DNA from: a virus
Lineage: Duplodnaviria; Caudoviricetes
Virus record (IMG/VR): IMGVR_UViG_3300024265_001017
Coordinates: 1-59,520 of that record
Direction: 5' to 3' (one strand)
Length of the DNA stretch: 59,520 bases
Below the pieces are notes generated by a model. The model searched no databases and had not been told where the DNA came from. It worked only from the letters and a program-made list of their open reading frames with translations. The position numbers and the translations under genes are program-made. Below, piece by piece: positions 55,084-59,520 of the stretch. Numbering within the stretch: the stretch's first letter is position 1; every line of letters begins with the position of its first letter.

Positions 55084-55894
55084 GTCTTCCCCTTCCGTAT
55101 GCAAGCGCGGCACTTGTGTCCGTCTTCTCTCCCGAACTGTCCAGCATCAGTGACATGCCAACCAGCTGCTTCTATCGCATCCCGTAGTGGGTTACCAACC
55201 ACAGGATTGAGCTGTCTCGAATAGAACTTTAGACTGCTGGCACAGGGGTCACAATACACAATAAGCAAGTCCCTGTTCTGCTTCGCATCAATCATTATCT
55301 TTCTCCTCCTCACAACATGTATCCTCCTTAGAGATAGCTTTGCATTGCTCGTCCGCTGCATGTCTACATGCTCCCACGTACATGTCAATGGCTCTATCTA
55401 CTCTGTCCTCCAAGAACCCATAGTCTCGTTGCGCTTGTATGCTGGTATATGTACGCCAACAATCAAAGCACACTCGCTCAGTATCCAACTGGGGTGTTCT
55501 GCAATTGTCACTCTGGAAATCCCCTGGTGGACAGCCAAGCCCATCATCCACTGCATGTTCAAACAATACTCTAAAGGCACGTTCGTTCAATGCGTTCCAC
55601 ATCATAGCTTAATCAACACCCGAGCAGCACAACAAGCAACAAAACCCGCAACTATCCACGCCAGCAATACTATCCACACACTCATATGCGTTCGTTGTCC
55701 TCTCTGCATCTCTCGGCAGTAGTCATCTGACCACGACGATTCGCATTGATTGATTCGCTCTGCTCAAGAGCATACAGGCGATTCATAATATCCTCGAACT
55801 CGTCAACAATCACATCCACTAGCTCTTCCACATCAACGTCACCGTCCGAGTTGTAGTGAATAGCCTCGTTAATTCTCTCGGCAAAATCACTCAA
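55080..55894 (-). other. small hypothetical ORFs (55080-55295, 55288-55605, 55682-55894)
   Basis: Coupled ORFs with Cys motifs. Confidence 0.55.
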
Positions 55895-56256
55895 GATATC
55901 CAGTCACCCTCTTCGTTGCGCCTTTTGTACTCACCATCAGGCTCATGCTCGCGGTCGTAGTTATCAGCCAACATCATGGCGTAATTGCTAGCGTCAAGGA
56001 AGTGTTTGCGTACAAACTCAGTGCTTGCTCCGCCTTCGATACCTTTACGCCCATTGTCCATATGACTGTACATCTTTTCAAGCAAGTAGGAGGCAGTACA
56101 CCCTTCCCATCCGCCTCTATCTTGATTCTCGTCCAGTCTACCCAACAGACCGTCCATCCATCTAGTCAACACAAGAACTGGGCGCATCATTGGATATTTC
56201 TTAGCATCTTTCAACAGGTCATCTCTTAAACCAGCCAACGCTATCTCTCCCCTCAA
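55891..56256 (-). CDS. hypothetical protein, possible MazG-like all-alpha fold
   Basis: L.EN...GGW...YL....DA.NYAMM.AD pattern. Confidence 0.5.
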   Translation of the reverse strand: MRGEIALAGLRDDLLKDAKKYPMMRPVLVLTRWMDGLLGRLDENQDRGGWEGCTASYLLEKMYSHMDNGRKGIEGGASTEFVRKHFLDASNYAMMLADNYDREHEPDGEYKRRNEEGDWIS

Positions 56257-56289
56257 GATATGTCCCTTGGGACATTCATTTACAGACTT

Positions 56290-56568
56290 TCACAATCTGT
56301 CTGCATCCATCCTCAATAGTATCTCCGCTACCTTATCACGCCCAGCTTTATGTTTCAAGTACTCTTCCAGACGATGCTCAACTTGCCAACAGTTGTTGCA
56401 TCTCTTCGACACACTGGACGTATTGTTTCCGCATATCTCACAAGCGGTTTGATAAGGCTCTCTCCTTGGAAGCTTGCGATTCAAAGCTTCCTGCGCCTGA
56501 GAAAGTGAACTGCCTTTCTCACAGTCTGGCTTACCAACCAGCGTCAAATACTCTTTACCCTTCGCCAT
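56290..56568 (-). CDS. Zn-finger hypothetical protein
   Basis: CEICG...RCNNCW. Confidence 0.6.
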   Translation of the reverse strand: MAKGKEYLTLVGKPDCEKGSSLSQAQEALNRKLPRREPYQTACEICGNNTSSVSKRCNNCWQVEHRLEEYLKHKAGRDKVAEILLRMDADRL

Positions 56569-56968
56569 CATTATCCTCTACTATCTGCCTAAAGTTCACA
56601 GTCTCAGAGTACCAACCATTCGACTCCCCGTACCAACGAATTGTCACATGATGGTGCATGGTAGATAACTTGTAAAACGTCCAAGTACTCGACTCACCTT
56701 CACCCTCGTCAGTAGCCATCTCAGCAAACAGCAACTCACTACCGAGCAAAGCACTCAAAGCCTCAGAACCCTCACCAGCACTGCCAACGATATCCTCAAT
56801 AGATACACCCTCGCAACAGTCCTGCACATGATACATCAAGAAACGCTCGCCATCCATAGTAACGAACTCAATCTCGTCAGCACCATCACTATCTTGACCG
56901 ACCCTAATCTCCGCCAACGTCTTGCCATGCAAGTTCTCGAATGGAACTTCGTTGTTAAAACCAAACAC
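56555..56968 (-). CDS. conserved phage protein of unknown function
   Basis: MYH.QDCCE.V.IEDI.G...TWTFYKL.T....VTIRWYGESNG.YSE; GGGGAGGG RBS. Confidence 0.8.
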   Translation of the reverse strand: MFGFNNEVPFENLHGKTLAEIRVGQDSDGADEIEFVTMDGERFLMYHVQDCCEGVSIEDIVGSAGEGSEALSALLGSELLFAEMATDEGEGESSTWTFYKLSTMHHHVTIRWYGESNGWYSETVNFRQIVEDNDGEG

Positions 56969-57167
56969 CCTTATCCCTCCCCTTTATATAATAGTGCAAC
57001 AGTGCTAAGCGCTCCCACGCCAACCACAATTCCGATTGCAAAGCCTACAAAGAACTCTACCCAAACCACGTTGATATCACCTCCAACGTCAATATAAACA
57101 AATACCACGTTGCTCCCAACGCTATCATCATGGCAACATACAAACCAAACAGATTAGCATTCATCTA

Positions 57168-57533
57168 TTAGTACTCCTCCGTTCTATGTCGTCCACAACT
57201 TGAACATCTAAAGTACCGCTTGTCATCTCCTCTTGTAGTAACGTCATACTCGTCCAAATGGTTACATACCTCTATATTCTTGATAGTCTCAAGAACCCTA
57301 CTCGAACGCTGCCTAATATCTTCCACCAACTCAGAGATTCTGAAATAATCATTACAGTTCTGAGAATCAGCTCTACCAAGCTTCCTGTTACCTAAAGGAC
57401 AATCATCACACTCTTCGTAATAAGTACAAAGGTCACATGGTCGATGGACAGCACTAGACAAATCAATTAACATAGCGGAAACATGCTCCCACTTCGTTGT
57501 CGCTTTCTGTACCGCTTCCTCTTTCGTCAGCAT
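57168..57533 (-). CDS. Cys-rich hypothetical protein
   Basis: C.LC....C..CPL and C..CG motifs. Confidence 0.65.
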   Translation of the reverse strand: MLTKEEAVQKATTKWEHVSAMLIDLSSAVHRPCDLCTYYEECDDCPLGNRKLGRADSQNCNDYFRISELVEDIRQRSSRVLETIKNIEVCNHLDEYDVTTRGDDKRYFRCSSCGRHRTEEY

Positions 57534-57997
57534 TCGTCAATCAACCTCTCTTCTTCTTCCTCAGTCAATAGTAACTGGTCTGGAATCTTTAGAAACTTAG
57601 CGACCACTTCTATGTTCTTCATCTCAACAGGCTCAACGTGTGAGGCCATATCAATTCCGAACACAACACGGCTTGCCACACGGCGTTCGCGCCTCTTAGC
57701 GCGTTGCTCCTTCATGTCATCATTATGTTTCACTTTCCCCATAGCCCTCTTCCGTACCTTCGCTGAGAGCGTATCGAGAGCGCGGCACAAAGCTAAGTTG
57801 TCACCAACATAGTCATCGTTTCTATCGCTACGTGTACGCTTGGCAACACCCTCTGCAATGATTTCCTCACTGACAAAACAAGACTCATGCGGAGACCGAT
57901 GCCATCTACCTATCTCTAAAGAGACACGGCAAAAGCTATGGCCTGCACAAGTGAACTGCTCGACTTGGATTGGTTCTGCATCATATTTATTCTGCAT
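57527..57997 (-). CDS. hypothetical protein
   Basis: GGGGG RBS before MQNKY; G.AK....D......G..LA..RA pattern. Confidence 0.6.
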   Translation of the reverse strand: MQNKYDAEPIQVEQFTCAGHSFCRVSLEIGRWHRSPHESCFVSEEIIAEGVAKRTRSDRNDDYVGDNLALCRALDTLSAKVRKRAMGKVKHNDDMKEQRAKRRERRVASRVVFGIDMASHVEPVEMKNIEVVAKFLKIPDQLLLTEEEEERLIDEC

Positions 57998-58190
57998 TGC
58001 TGCACCCCCCAACGTTTCGATGTAACAGCCACAGTGAACGTGGTTGCTTACCGAGTACATAGTGTCACCAGCACAATTAGAAAACCGATGTACAGCAAAG
58101 CAACTGCTATATACTCAGCACCATCTCTATACCTAAATCCTTTCATACGTGCATCCTATCACATTGTTACGTTTTTTGCACCATAAAAAA

Positions 58191-58408
58191 CTAACTATTA
58201 GATAGATTTGTGAACTGCCAAATCGTATCCATTACTGGCATAATACAACAATCAAGCACCTGCACAATATATCGAATGCTCTGCACGTTAAGTCCACGAT
58301 ATTTGCCTGTTCCCCCCTGTCCCTTTCGGTAGCTTGTCTGGTGAGTTACGCTTTGTCATCACACAAAGCTAACTAAGAATAGGCTTGTGAACTGCCAAGT
58401 CGTATTCA
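58191..58408. repeat. two-copy ~40-bp motif (58191-58231 and 58369-58408)
   Basis: Identical TTGTGAACTGCCAA core; shared CTAACTA and TCGTAT flanks. Confidence 0.8.
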
Positions 58409-58450
58409 AAGCGACAATAAAGTCGCGCTCTAAAATGATTAGTGTAATGC

Positions 58451-58659
58451 GTACTGTAATCTGAGAACAACCGTTCTCAACTATAGATATCCGTGACCAG
58501 ATGTGTTTAAGGGGAAGTAGTCGCTACGCTGTTTCTCTCTGGTAGCGCGTAAGCTCGAAACGAGCTTGCTATCTCTTTAGGACATGATTGTCCTTCCTTG
58601 GAACCCTGCGGCCAGTGCTTCCTCCGGCATTCTGGTCAAGCAGTACAATGTGGGATTGC
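58451..58659 (-). ncRNA. structured leader or sRNA downstream of promoter
   Basis: Nested helices 58451-58456/58641-58646 and 58494-58501/58631-58638, plus three hairpins. Confidence 0.5.
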
Positions 58660-58665
58660 TAGCTA

Positions 58666-58695
58666 AGCATAACAGGACTCAACCCTCAGTGTCAA
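58666..58695 (-). promoter_or_regulatory. sigma70-type promoter with extended -10
   Basis: TTGACA-18 bp (ending TGT)-TATGCT. Confidence 0.65.
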
Positions 58696-58698
58696 GGG

Positions 58699-59099
58699 TC
58701 AGCTATTTGGGTGTCCCTCCTCATAAGCATCATAGCCACGCGGCTCTGCCGCAGGCTTGCTTGCTCTAGCATACGTTCCACAGTGCGGACAGAGCCATCG
58801 ACCCCAGTGACCACGCGCTACTGTGAAGGGTATGCCACCAGCCTTATTCTCTATCCAGTGTGCAACTGCAATCACTTTGCCATGCTTCGGGCAGTATCTC
58901 ATAACGTTTTCCTCCAACACTTTTTATGAGCAAGTACATACTCTGGTTCATCTAGGTAGTTATCCCAACCCATACCTTGTGGTGCTTGGTAACTGTCTAC
59001 CTTTCTCCAATCAGGGTAATGGGGTAGAAACTGTCCACAAACATAGCATCGGTATTCAGCCCAAAAAGCTTTTAGCTCAGCTTCCCGCATAGGTGCCAT
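58699..59099 (-). other. two small Cys-rich ORFs (58699-~58902, 58899-59099)
   Basis: CPKH/CPHC and C..CG motifs; GGGGGAG RBS before 59099. Confidence 0.5.
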
Positions 59100-59520
59100 T
59101 ACTCTCCCCCCTTACAGTTTTGTGACTCTTTGTAACCAATGTAACACATAAGGCAAGACACCTTACAGTCAAAGCACTTGCAATCGTCGCAAACGTCACA
59201 CTCTATGCCACAACAGTAATGCTCGGGCGAACAGCAGACTTTCGCTTCCTTAGTCATTTTGATTCCTTTCTAACCACGTAGGTTACTGCTTCTTTGTATT
59301 CTCCGCACCACATAGCTCCGCCTACCTCTGCGTGTCTGTCGTGATTAGGCCCAAACACGGGTGGGTAGCGACGACAAAATATGATAATAGTGCGCTTGCT
59401 AAATCGGCAACTATCACAGTTCTCAACCATGAAGACTCACCACAAGCCAAACAATGCACCATACAATGCTGGCGCTCCAAGCACCCCAGAAAAGGCCGTC
59501 CCACTTAGTTTTCATAATCT

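Noticed and set aside
58451-58659. cobalamin riboswitch or HEARO/omega RNA
   Set aside because: Only isolated words match (GGGAA, ACTGTAA, TTGACCAG), in the wrong order or context, and there is no adjacent IscB/TnpB gene.
1-59520. lysogeny module, reverse transcriptase/DGR, transposase
   Set aside because: No integrase, repressor pair, RT motif or transposase was recognised in any ORF.

Overview
The window looks like a near-complete ~59.5 kb genome of a tailed, siphovirus-type phage with an HK97-fold capsid. No integrase, repressor or CRISPR array was recognised, and the host cannot be determined from the sequence. The + arm (2.9-18.9 kb) carries an endolysin, nucleotide-metabolism genes, a PD-(D/E)XK nuclease, a primase-polymerase, a PolA with an N-terminal UDG-like domain, a phosphoesterase and many small Zn-finger ORFs. 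The - arm (59.5 to 18.9 kb) carries small early-type ORFs, ParB-like and Mom-like genes, terminase, three tRNAs, portal, MuF-metallopeptidase, protease, major capsid, a five-gene sugar/glycosylation cassette, then head-tail, tail and fibre genes. Four observations stand out. (1) A Mom-family DNA-hypermodification gene is followed immediately by a promoter-driven, D-arm-less tRNA-Gly(UCC)-like RNA, a candidate dedicated glycyl donor. (2) A ~2.4 kb tract without credible ORFs (215-2690) is built as a tandem array of about 15 self-contained structured RNA modules, mostly favouring the - strand. (3) An A9 slippery run could fuse portal to the MuF-metallopeptidase. (4) A probable virion-glycosylation cassette sits next to a 1092-aa Ser/Thr/Gly/Ala repeat protein. 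All family calls come from motif recognition by eye; no searches or folding programs were run.
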